Assembly (NCBI GenBank): GCA_904063045.1
Contig: CAJFCJ010000010.1
Span: forward strand, 1,178,001 to 1,242,000
DNA: 64,000 nt
Reading direction: 5' to 3'
Origin: Dimorphilus gyrociliatus
Lineage: Eukaryota; Animalia; Annelida
Shown: in pieces, positions 52,501 to 64,000 of the stretch
Position numbering within the stretch: position 1 is the stretch's first letter
Layout of the letters: every line of letters starts with the position of its first letter
The notes under the pieces: model-generated
The model's input: only the letters and a program-made list of their open reading frames with translations
Database searches by the model: none
Told to the model about the DNA's origin: nothing
Program-made: the position numbers and the translations under genes

Positions 52501-55500
52501 TTCTTTTTCTTTATATAACACATTTTAAAAGATATATAAAGTGGACCTTTTCATCGTTTAGAGTAATTTGCATCTATTTTTTTAACAATAAATGCGGAGT
52601 CAGTTTGTGATAATCGTCTCATCTCTTAGGATTTATTTTATGAAGAATCGAAAAAACGATATAGAGAAAAGGATTGATAGGGAAAGAAAGAAAAAATAAA
52701 AGAGAGAAAAAAAGAGAGAGAGAGAGAGTGAGTGAGTGAGTGAGTGAGTGAGTGACTGGCTTTTGGGGTAGGAAGGGCTTGTGGGGGCTGGAAGGGGTCA
52801 AAAGTTAAGGGGTTGTGTGGTAGGAAAAGAACAAGTGAAAAAAAGAATACTGATTTTCCTTTTTGACGCAGGAGTCGGTTACGCAGCAGCAGTAATAGCT
52901 GCATGGCTAAATACGTATTACATAGTTATATTGGCTTGGGCTCTCTTCTATCTATACCAATCATTTTCCGTCGTTCTTCCATGGGCCACTTGCGGCCATA
53001 AATGGAATACGCCAGCATGTAGATCAAAGTACCAATTGCCATGCAGGAATACAACACCGGCAAATCAGACCTGCTACTCGAATAGTTCTTTGACAAATTT
53101 TACAAGTCCAGTTGAGGAATTTTGGAAGTTTGTATTTGTTTGTAGAAAAAATAAATTCAACATCTAAATGATCCTATAAATTAGAGTAAAGTTTGTTTAT
53201 TTACGTGTTCTTTACCTTTCTTTAGGAGACGAGCTTTAAAACTATCGTCTGGGCTGGATGAACCAGGAGGTATTCATTTCGAATTAGCAATTTGCCTTCT
53301 TATATCTTGGATAGTCTGCTATTTCTGTATTTGGAAAGGTGTTAAATGGACGGGAAAGGTACAAATATAATTCTATAAAGCACGCACGCGTTGAAAGTAT
53401 TAAGTAAAAGTTTATTTATGCTGCTAAGTAGAATAAATAAAAAATCCGGATTCTTTTACAATTTGGGTTCGAAATAAAGTGATAATTACAAAAAGCTAAA
53501 TTCCGGCATTGGGCTTATGTTTATTTTTAAGCCCTAAAATTATCTTCTGAACCCCTTTTCAATTAAATAATACACAGGTCGTTTGGTTCACATCACTCTT
53601 CCCCTACGTACTTCTCTTCGTTCTACTAATTAGAGGCATAACGTTACCGGGGGCCAAGGATGGCATTTATTTCTACGTTTACCCGGACCTTGACAGACTG
53701 AAAGACTCCCAAGTGTGGTTAGAAGCTGCCACTCAAATATTCTTCAGCTATGGTTTGGCTTTAGGAGCCCAAGTAGCCCTGGGAAGTTACAACCACTACC
53801 GCAATAATGTTTACAAGGACGCTCTGATTATATCGTGCATTAATTCCGGTACAAGCATGTTCTCCGGTTTTGTCATATTCAGCGTTTTAGGGTTTATGGC
53901 ACATGAACAACAAAGGAACGTGACTGATGTTGCTAACTCAGGTCCAGGACTGGCATTCCTTGCCTATCCCGAGGCGGTGACGCAATTACCTATATCGCCA
54001 CTTTGGTCCTGTCTGTTCTTTATCATGCTTTTCTTCATCGGTTTAGACAGCCAGTTTTGCACTATGGAAGGCTTTATTACAGCTTGTGTTGACGAATGGC
54101 CGAAATTGTTGAGGAAAAGGAAAGAAATTTTCATTTTGATTGTATGCATTCTCTCTTACTTCGTCGGATTATCAATGGTAACGGAAGTAAGTAATTAGAT
54201 TCAATTAGCTTAATAGCAACTTTAAATTAATTGTTACCTTTTAAATTACGGAAGCTATGGAAAGTAGCAAATAAAGAGAAAACAAAAAAAAGCTAACATT
54301 TTTTCTCCCTTATACAATTTATAAGATTAGAATATTTGAGAGATTATTTAAATAATCCAAGGATATAAGTAATTTGTTATGATTATCAATTCGCCATTTC
54401 GATAAGTCACTTACAGGGAAAAATAACAAAAAAGCGAAATAAAAAGAGTAGCTCCTCAGTCATAACTCTAAATACAATAAAGCAGAAGTTAATAAAGAGG
54501 AAAAACAAACTAAAACCCATCTGTTTTCTCGTTGATCAATAGAAATCTGGCAGTTTATTGAGGCAAGATTTTTTTCATAAAATTCCCAGCTTTCGAGTAA
54601 TTGATGGCTTTAGCCGAAAAATAAATTACCCTCTCTCTTATATTTTACTCTCACGACAGGGTGGAATGTACGTATTCGAAATATTCAATACTTATTCGGC
54701 AAGTGGAATGTGTCTATTGTCTCTCATCTTTTTCGAATGCATAGCATTTTCATGGAGTTATGGTGATTGACTCATTAAGAGACTTTTAATTTTGATAATA
54801 ATCTTTTTTCTTTTAAGGCGTCGGAAGATTTTATGATAACTTAAAAGATATGATTGGCTATTATCCCTGTTTCTGGTGGAAAATATGCTGGAGTTTTTTA
54901 ACACCTGCAATTTGTATGGTTCGTTAATCTAACCCAAAAGTTGATTAATTAACCACTCAATTACCTAATTACTTAGGGGGTCTTCATTTTCCGACTAGCT
55001 TCTTATACTCCTATAAAATATGGAAAGTATGAGTATCCGACTTGGGGAGAGGCTGTTGGTTGGCTAATGGCTCTTTCATCCATGCTAGTCACTCCTGTAT
55101 ACGCTATTTATATATTTATTGTAACGCCTGGCTCATTTCGGGAGGTTTGTCTTCTATCAGATCTTAAACACTTAGCGAACATTTCAGGCCCTTAAAGTCT
55201 TAGTTTTATAATTCAGATGTACTTTGTGGCATAGAACCAAAGCATGTATGTAGCATCTTAAAGAATTACGGATTAAAACAGATCTCGTAAAGAGATTATC
55301 CTTTCGATTGCTACTTTGTCTTTTAAAAGAGGGATGGCGGTTTAAGAAAAAGATACGGGGAGATAGGAAAAAAATCTTTATTTATCATTTATTTCCAAAA
55401 ACGATAAAATATTTCCAAAACATTAAGTAGAATATCAAATAATAAAATGAAATGGAAAGAAATACAAAACTTCATAAGGCTATTTCTAATGCTTTCATCC

Positions 55501-55626
55501 TTCCTTCTTTAGCGCTGCAAACTACTCTTCAGACCAGACGTTGACGAACCGATTAAAAGAAATCGAAGGCAATACATCCAGATGCAGCAAAACCCTTACA
55601 ATGAACAAAACGTGACAGCTTTGTGA
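49575..55626 (+). CDS. Gat: SLC6 sodium/chloride-dependent GABA transporter (GAT1-type), 606 aa; exons 49575-49779, 51569-51700, 52872-53127, 53226-53358, 53578-54186, 54660-54762, 54818-54918, 54977-55144, 55513-55626
   Basis: TM1 [37 protein letters not shown]6 [13 protein letters not shown]8 [35 protein letters not shown]1-like Tyr, Gly, Leu and Thr at substrate-site positions. All eight junctions are phase-consistent (1821 nt). C-terminal VTAL is PDZ-ligand-like. Confidence 0.93.
50340..50860 (+). repeat. About 520-nt purine-rich (GA/AG) low-complexity tract in Gat intron 1
   Basis: Strongly A/G-biased plus strand; generates the spurious S/L/F-rich and R/E/K-rich ORFs in the track. Confidence 0.85.
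52715..52755 (+). repeat. (GA)n-(GAGT)n compound microsatellite in Gat intron 2
   Basis: GAGAGAGAG followed by about 7 GTGA units. Confidence 0.85.
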
Positions 55627-57058
55627 AAAATACAAGTCTTTTCCTCTCTCTCTCTCTCTCTCTCTCACTCTATCAGTCTGTCTATCTATCTACTTATCTG
55701 TCTATACGTTTACCTATCTATCTATCTGTCTCTCTGTCACCGTTTTTTCGTTTGGTAATCTGAGTAATACCTTTAAAGAAGTGTCCGAAGTGGCAAAACT
55801 TTAAGTAAAAGGAAAAGTTATCAGTAGCTATTAAACATTTTAACCTCGTAAGATTTGAAGAAATGGAGTAGATTAACTAGATTCAGAAATTGTTTTTCCT
55901 TTTTTAATTGAATTTCAAGACAATCTCATTTAATTATAAACAAAACTTTAAAGTATTATTAAATTGTTTTAAATTGGAAAAAAAAAGCAAATCCTCTCTT
56001 TAACACATCAAAAAAAAAAAGAAAAAAAAACAGGAAAAGGAGGAATTTTTCAAGTAAATCCTTATCAAATAAAACCAATTATTTCTCTGAACACAACCGT
56101 TTTTGTCCTCTAACCACAAATATTCATTTGAGAATATATACAGCATAAATATATAGTTGATATATATGCAGTATATAGGAATTAAATACAGTATATGATA
56201 TTTTAGAAAAAGAAGCAAGTATTAACTTACAGAAAACTTAAAATTGTTGTTTTTATGTTGTAAAAAGTTTAAATAATCTTTAAGTATCATTAATAAATTA
56301 ACTAATAAACATAATATAATATTTAAATAGGAGTTTCTACTGTAAAAATTTGTTATGCACGTAGCGTTTAATTATAATATTTTCAATTGTTTTTTGAACT
56401 AAAAACTAATTTCAATACATTTTAGAAAGTCACCAAAAAAAATGATAATAAAACAAAATATTATTCTTTTTTTCGTGGAAGTTTTTTGCTTTAGTTATAT
56501 TTTTTCATTCAGAATAAAAAAAATGTTGATAATTTTCCATATTTGAAGATTATTTGACAAACTAGAAATCTTCTCTAAAGTTTATGATTTTGTTGTTTTT
56601 TTTTTCTTTTTTCTCGGATAAGCAAAGTTCTGCTTGTTATTTATTTTGTTATTCTAAGTTATTCATAGTCTTTTTTCTTCCGTTCGTTAAAAATTGGCAC
56701 CGTAGAGAAGGGATGTTGAACATATAAACGTGTCAACTATTTTTCCAACCGTTAATAATAGTAGCATAGATGCGGTTAGGAAGTTCGCTGAGTTCGAGTT
56801 CCTCAATGAATAAGTGCTCTCTTTTACTAATAAAGAATTAAAAAGGTAGTTAATTTCAAGTTTATTAAAAATTTTGTTATATGAATAATAGATGAAACCG
56901 CCTTTTCCGGGAAATAGTCTTATTATTTGTCGAGGAGCTCTGCAATTAGTATAGTTAGTTCTAAAAAATAGATCAATTTATGCTCCTTTGTTAAAATATA
57001 TATTATGGAATTTAACATAATATATATATACTGCATATATATATTTATATATAAAGAA

Positions 57059-60000
57059 TTAAAGATATCGTATTCTGAGGGAAATAATCGCATATAGGAA
57101 TATCAAATAGCATCTTATCGGCGTTTTTTCTCCTATCCGCGAAGAAACTCCCTCGAGTATAAGCTTTCTGCAGAAAAGATTAACAGGGATAGTATCATCT
57201 GTTAACAATAAGTTAGATTTTGAGTAATACCAGTTTCCTTTACTGCATTAGTTGCTTGTTAGTAAAGCTTATTTCAAATTTATTTTTCCACACTTCTTTA
57301 ATTAAATTACTATATATCTCGGATAAAGGCGGAGATAAGTGAAAATATGAGAAAATCGAACTTACATAATGTTCCGAAGACAAGCTCTGTTTGATTCGAG
57401 TATATCGTTCTGTTTCTCCGATTTTCTGCTCTTGCTCGAATAAAATACTTAACACGAGGCTTTAAATTGTAGAGACTAAATTCTCCAGCCTTATCGTTTA
57501 TAGGACCAATACTCTTCCAATCGAAAGATTTCTCAGTTCTATACTGAATATAATATTTCTTCATATCGCCACTCAAGCCTTTAGCCTCTACTAAATATCT
57601 TTTCATAGGCCTATACGGATCGTTCCTTATACTGACATAGAAATTGCTATCACCCAACTTAACTTCTTCTATATCACTGGGTGATTGTATGCCGTGAGAA
57701 TAAACGGCTATTACTTGAACTTTATAAGTAGCAGGCGATTTCAAGTTCTTTATTATGGTATTTTGAGAATTAATTTTAACGGATTCTCTCCATCCCACAT
57801 TGCTCTTGGATTCTTTATATTTTACAAAATACTTATGAGTTGGTTTTTTCGATCTCCATGAAACGTTTATAGAATTTTGGTTTGGAATAGCGTGTACAAT
57901 TACTTTTGGACCGGAAGGAGCTGCAAACATAAAATGCTTTCAATTTCAGTTTCAAATTATATTAATATTCGTTTCACAGATTGTCCTTTATTGAAATAAA
58001 TCGTTTATTCTAAGGCTCTTAAGATTTCCTAGTATATATTTGTATTTGTATAACTTTAGATAACTTCCCTTTGTTTTTCTTGTATACAAAGAAAGAGAAA
58101 TCTACTTAGTTAAAAATTCTTCTTCGAATTTATTCAGTTTATTAAAATATACAATCGATCTATTTTGCTTACAAAGAGAAATATACAAATACCTCATCTT
58201 AAATAATAATATTGTCTATAAATTGACTTGTGCTGCCATCTATTGAAGATAAAAATAAATGCTACTTACGGGGTACAGTTTTTTCTATAATTTTCCTAAT
58301 GTTCCCTTCACCAACCGATGTGTATGCTCTTAAAGTAATATCATATGATTTTCCAGGTCGAAGATTGGTTATATTATACTGAGTAAAATTCGCTTTTACT
58401 TTCACAGATACCTTATTAAAATCAGCTTCGCCTTGTTCTGTAAGAGGGAAAAAGAAATGATAATATACACAAAAGCAGGCTTTTATAACCCCAAGGGCAA
58501 AAATATTAGAGAAGAAAATACTAAGCCCTCCCCGTTAGGTGCAAATCATATTGTCAGGAAGAGCTCTCCCTCCGACACTCCCGACACACCCCTAGTCGTT
58601 CTTTTATCACTTTTCATAATATATATTGCACTCTAGCGAAATATTTTACTCTTTTATCTATCTCAAAGCCTACTAGTTTGATCATTGTATAACTAGTTCT
58701 AAATTTTCAACATAAAATACTAAAAAAGAAGAATAAAGAAGAAATATGGTTTTTTATTTCTTAGTAAATCATTCTGAAGAAAGGAAAAAGAGCTTTTCTC
58801 TGAAAAGTCCTTGCATCGTAATTATCTACCCCCTAGGAAATTTGGAAACATTATAATCAAGCAAAAATTTGAACTAGAAATGATAGAATCAATTCTCTAT
58901 TGAAAGGTTAATTCTTTTTAACTATTGAACAAACAGTTTCAATTATTTATTCTGACATTTCAAAATTTTAGTTCATCCCCTTTTACTAATTGCCTTATTT
59001 CCTCTTCGTAATATTTTTTCAAGATCACTGGATTAAGTAATATCTCACTCTGTCTCTCTTTCTCCGCTGTATCTATTGTACAGGTACTTTATATACTGTA
59101 CACATTAGCTTGCGATGTATATAAAGTATACGTTATCATGAATCAATATTAATAAACTACGACGGTAGTTCTTACTACATTTTTCACTTTCCTCTTTCCC
59201 ATTGCCCCCGTCTTTACTCTCTTTTCTTCTTAGGCGTACTTTTGTAATTGAATTTTAGGAATACTAACAATAATAATATAATTAGATTTTACGGCTTTAC
59301 GATTTCTGATAAAACACAAATTATATATATTAGATGTCGCCACTGTATAAAAGAAATTAAAAAAAATAGGGGAGAAGAAGAAATCAAGGTCACAAATGGA
59401 AATCTCTCTGCTAACGTTTATACTCGTTATCCCAGTTACTTAACTAAAACCGCCCAAAGAAGAATCAAAGCACTCTTTTATGTCGCTTATTGCTATTTTT
59501 AGTATGATATGATAGATGCCAGCTATATAAGAATAAAGTAGAAAGAATACAACATGTTTATATGATTTTTTTATGTTCTAAATGAAATGATACTTTTTTG
59601 AACAGATATATGAATAAGAAATTTTTTAAATTTAATTATATATCAGAATCATGCTTTGCTTGTTTGGTATCTCTTCTTGTACCAATAGACTGTATACTAT
59701 ATATGAATATACAGTATAGATACATCTCTAAGGCTATATGGTTTACACTGTGATGAAGTATTTTGATAAATTTATAAATATTCATTAACTTTCGTCGTAT
59801 CTATTTTATGGGCACTTTAAAGCTATTACATTTTTTCACCAAAACACTGGTATACATCTTTTAGACATTTTAAACGATACACGATTGAAAAGACTAATAA
59901 AATACCAGTACGACTCTTTCTATTTCCTTTCCGTGCCGCTAACGACGCGAAAGCACGTGCAAATTACGCTATTCCTTCATTCTAACTTAACATTTTCGTC

Positions 60001-60574
60001 AGTAATCAGAACTAATATCGTCTGTTACAACGCAAAACGACACTTACGCTTATAAGAGAGAATGTAACCTCTAATTACACCTCTCGGTTCTTCTGGTGGA
60101 TACCACTGAAGTAGTAGCCACATAGCACTTCTCCTTTTGGCATAGAATACAACGATTTCTCCGGGCACTAAAAAAATTTTCAAACATAAATTAATTTTAT
60201 CAATCAAACAATTAGCAATACACAAAATATAAAGAAAGTATCTTTGAATTTCGGTTTGAGCTGACACTTGACCTGTTGTTTAAACGTATTAAAATATTGT
60301 GTTGGCTTATAGATGTGCATACACTCACTTTCCAATAGGAACTTATGAAAAATTCAAATGTACACAATGTTTCACATAGATTAATCAATGAGCGTCTGCA
60401 AGGAAGTCAGTTATAGCTCGTTTCTATTTGGTATACTGCAGTTCAATGGATATGCTATCCCGTAATGTAAATTCTAATAATAGAACTGGACAATAGCTTG
60501 TTTAAAGATATAAATAATATGAAATATGATATCATCCAAAAGAAGAAATATTAATGTATACATATATATATATA

Positions 60575-60615
<41 letters not shown>

Positions 60616-63600
60616 ATATATAATATATTGTACATTTTAAACAAATTAAGTAACCGTTTCTCTATAATATTGAATTTTTTTTTCTTTTCTTTTGTTTAAA
60701 ATACAATACTGGTATTCTTTTGATTTCTTTGAAACTAATTATTTTCTGCTCCCAAGATTCGACAGGTATGGATTAATTATGCTTCAGATACTCTTATATT
60801 CTTACCTAGATATTTAATTTAAATAAAAAAGAATAAAATAGAATAGGAAATAATGGTTAAGAGGAGAGAAAGAGGTAAGAGTTTACAAGTAGAAAATAAT
60901 TAATATAATCAAATTTTAAAGGTATAATCAATTACATAATAAATATCTTCTATAAGTAGATATTTTTCAATTAATTCATCTTATTTAAATACAAGACACG
61001 TGGAACATTGCTTATATTATGATAGCAACAAAAAAATATATATGCTTTCCTTAAAAAATCATTCATAAATATTTAACTAATAATTAATTTATTAATCTGT
61101 TTCTTTAGTAAGAGAGTAATTATTTTATCTCTTTTCTAGTATTTGTTTACTATATGGTCGATTTCTAATCGGTTTTTTTTATATAGTTTACTTTCAATGG
61201 TTGTTAAATGTCTCATCGATCCAATGAAAAAGTACTTGGCTCAAAAATTCTTCATTCTAAGCGTAAATTAAGCTTTTTTCATCTTGAAGAATTTACTCAT
61301 TCATTTCTCGGAATACAAAGAAATTCACTTTGTCTTTTGATTTTTCATTTGACGGTTAAGATTTCTTCTTAAATCGTTCTTTCTGTTCCCCTGCCTCTCA
61401 TTTTGTCCCTCAGCAGATAATTTTTATAAAAATATCTTGGTTTAACTGTTTACAGCGTTTTTTTATGACGCTCTTTACAATTGAGATGAAATATTAATCT
61501 TAGTTTGTTTATGATAATAAACCTTAAATAATGTCAGATACTAAAAAAAGCATGTTATTTTCTTTAATACATGCATTACTATATTGAAGAGATAGCATCA
61601 CGTAGAAAGGCAATTGGTGCTGTCGGCTAATACTTCAAACAAGAATCAGCCGACGTTAATCGTTTAAAAAAGTTGTCTGGCTATCTAGAAACTCGCCTTT
61701 TCCTTTTTTTCAGATTGATACGAAATAAACATATCTGAAAAATAATTTTTCATTTAATTTGTACTCTTCAACGTTACTTATCTAAAACAAAAAAGGCCTC
61801 TGAGGAAACGAAATCAAACTTATGAAAGCTTCAAAGCTTAAGAGGGGAGGAACTACGTTGTTGACAAGAGTGTAAACGATTATCTACCCCCAGCAACGAA
61901 AAAAAGTTCTTCATACGTGGCGAGTATGAATGGATTTTGCCGCCTCTCTTGCTTTGTATTATTAACGATGCGTGAAATAAACCGTTAACGTGTATACAAA
62001 TCCACCTAGGCCTATAATTTATAGTTATTTAGCTGCCCCTTAATGCGAATCACTTAACCGCAATGTTTACTCATTTTTGTAGCTACCAGGAGTCGTCGTT
62101 ACCATTTTGTTTATTACTATTTTTTAAAAGGTTATTTTTATTGGATTTTACTGTTCTTTTTAATTATTAGAGTGTAATTTTTCATTACGATAGGAATAGA
62201 TTTAAATTTTAAATAGCGTCTCGTTTTTAAGGCAATGACAATTAAAAATTGATTCCAAGTAAATAAAAAAAAATATTTCCTTCATTGTTATAGTAATTAA
62301 GTTAAATATTAATGAAACATGAAAACATTTCATCAACAAATAAAAAACTATAAACAATAGATTAAACATACTTTATACTTCTTTTTAATTTATTTTATAT
62401 ATATTAATATAGAAATTCTAACTAAAAATTTAATTATTCTTTAATTATAAATTAGTATATTCATGTTTATTCATAACTTACGAACTATACTTAATTAGTA
62501 ATAATTTGAATTAAAAATATTCAACTTCTTTTAAGATTGTTTGGGAAGCCGAAGAAGGAAGAAAAATTAATTGAATGAGTCGTTAACTTGAAAGAAATAT
62601 ATATATATATATTGATATTAATTGCTTATGGTATACTTTCTTTTAGTGCAGTATTAGAAATTCTCTTTTCTTTTAAGTATCTTTGAAAATAATGAATAAG
62701 AGAAAGAGAACAAAAAAATGGAGGAAATTAAAATTGTATTTTCTGTTATATTTTGCTGTTGTATCATTAGTTTAATTATTAAAAGTATTTACCTAAATAC
62801 TTATTGAACTTGATTGATTTATAATATTCCTTGATTATTTACTTTTATCGCTTGTTTTCATATCAAACAAAGGATATACAAAGCTTAAATATACATGTAT
62901 ATATCTTTATAGTTCCTATGTTCTATCTTAATTTTTTTTCTTTATATCTTTCGTACACTTCTCTCTCTCTCCTACTTTCTTTTATGTCACTTTTAAGAGA
63001 AAGTATTATTTTACTCTAATTAATTAAAGTATGTTTCTTTTTTTGAAAATCAAAGCAATCATGAATAATTAAAAAGATAGTCATATGCTCCAACTTTTAT
63101 TTAATTACTGTATTGTTAGAGAATTATCAGTTATTATCTAAGGAATCAATTCCCATGGAATGGCTACTTTGGAGCATTAACTATGTCAAGCGATATCTGG
63201 TAAAAGCTTTTGAGTTGGATTACCAATAGTAAATCCCTATCTATTCAATATTAAAATAATAGCAAATATACTTAATATAAATTTTTAGATGGAATTAAAG
63301 AAAGATAGAAAAAAGTCTTTTATATCAAATAAAGATGACTTTTACCGAATGAAGGTGTGATTTAACATGATTTGAAAGATTTCCTGAAAACTATCCTTTT
63401 TCAAATGAAAGAAGTGACATTTTGAAAACACCTTAAAACTACTGATTTATGTAAAGACTAAAGAGGGCGAAAGGTCGAATTTACTCTTTTAAACGGATAG
63501 AGATATCTGTTAAAATGGGTCTAAATGGTCCAAAAATACTTGAGAATTAGCATTACTTGAAATAAAGCAATTAATGAAAGCAACCTTTTGCCTTCTAATT

Positions 63601-63910
63601 AATTATTCTAAATCTAATTTAAAGCAGGCTCAATTATTCTCAAATGTCAACCGGAATTCATATAATTTCGACTAAACCTACCTCCTTCCAAAGTTGTAAA
63701 GCTAACGCTGTTACTTGCAGGACCTGAATATTTCATGTTCATCACCCGGACGACGGCAGTGTAGGTGATGAAAGGCCTCAAATTGATTACTTCACCATTA
63801 GTTTCGTGATTTTTGCTAAAAAACGTTTTCGTTTGGTTGCAAGCAAGATGATCTCTAAGTAGGATGTTATGAGATATCCGTTTCTTGCCTCCGCGTGGCC
63901 AGAATTCGAT
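57059..63910 (-). CDS. 3' part of an FN3-repeat cell-adhesion protein (L1/neuroglian/contactin-like); exons 63910-63682, 60167-60048, 58437-58270, 57920-57366, candidate terminal exon 57198-57059; 5' end outside the window
   Basis: Spliced frame ...NLRPFITYTAVVRVMNMKYSGPASNSVSFTTLEG|VPG...LLLQWYPPEEPRGVIRGYILSYK|...TNLRPGKSYDITLRAYTSVGEG...|PPSGPK...SINVSW...KNLKSPATYKVQVIAV...YNLKPRVKYFIRARA gives at least 3.5 FN3 domains. Junctions are phase 1-consistent. The terminal exon is uncertain. Confidence 0.8.
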
Positions 63911-64000
63911 CTGCGATTAATGAGAAAAAGTGCTAATTAATTCTTTCTCGTTGAAAATTATCATTCAGCTCGTTATCTAGTGAACTCCGTGAGAGTTTTT

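Noticed and set aside
1-64000. CRISPR array, rRNA, intact transposase or reverse transcriptase
   Set aside because: No regularly spaced repeats, no rRNA-like conserved blocks and no DDE/RT motifs recognised in any frame.

Overview
AT-rich eukaryotic (bilaterian invertebrate-like) genomic DNA with many (TA)n and (GA)n tracts; no prokaryotic features, CRISPR arrays, rRNA or convincing tRNA. Six spliced protein-coding genes were reconstructed by hand with phase-consistent GT-AG junctions: a Ly6/uPAR three-finger GPI-type gene (+, 248-993), an A1CF/RBM47-family RNA-binding protein (-, 5177-12434), a PEA3-group ETS factor (-, 17581-23573), a Shaker/Kv1 channel (-, main exon 32096-33344), a GAT1-type SLC6 GABA transporter (+, 49575-55626) and the 3' part of an L1/neuroglian/contactin-like FN3 protein (-, about 57059 to beyond the window end). 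Best candidate novelty: the Kv1 gene appears to have up to four alternative N-termini. Three upstream exons (39218-39309, 40959-41074, 44642-44649) sit in separate CpG-rich islands and all end in AG|GT in phase 2, fitting one acceptor at 33344. The channel also lacks the first S4 arginine. The ETS intron holds a candidate alternative first exon and a candidate poison exon. Sequence-level oddities: all three perfect CRE sites lie just upstream of Ly6/Kv1 starts, TAGGCCTA is strongly over-represented, TA-CAG/CTG-TA interruptions resemble Tc1/mariner excision footprints, and CTCF-like motifs recur. All splice models and motif counts are manual and need RNA-seq or computational confirmation.
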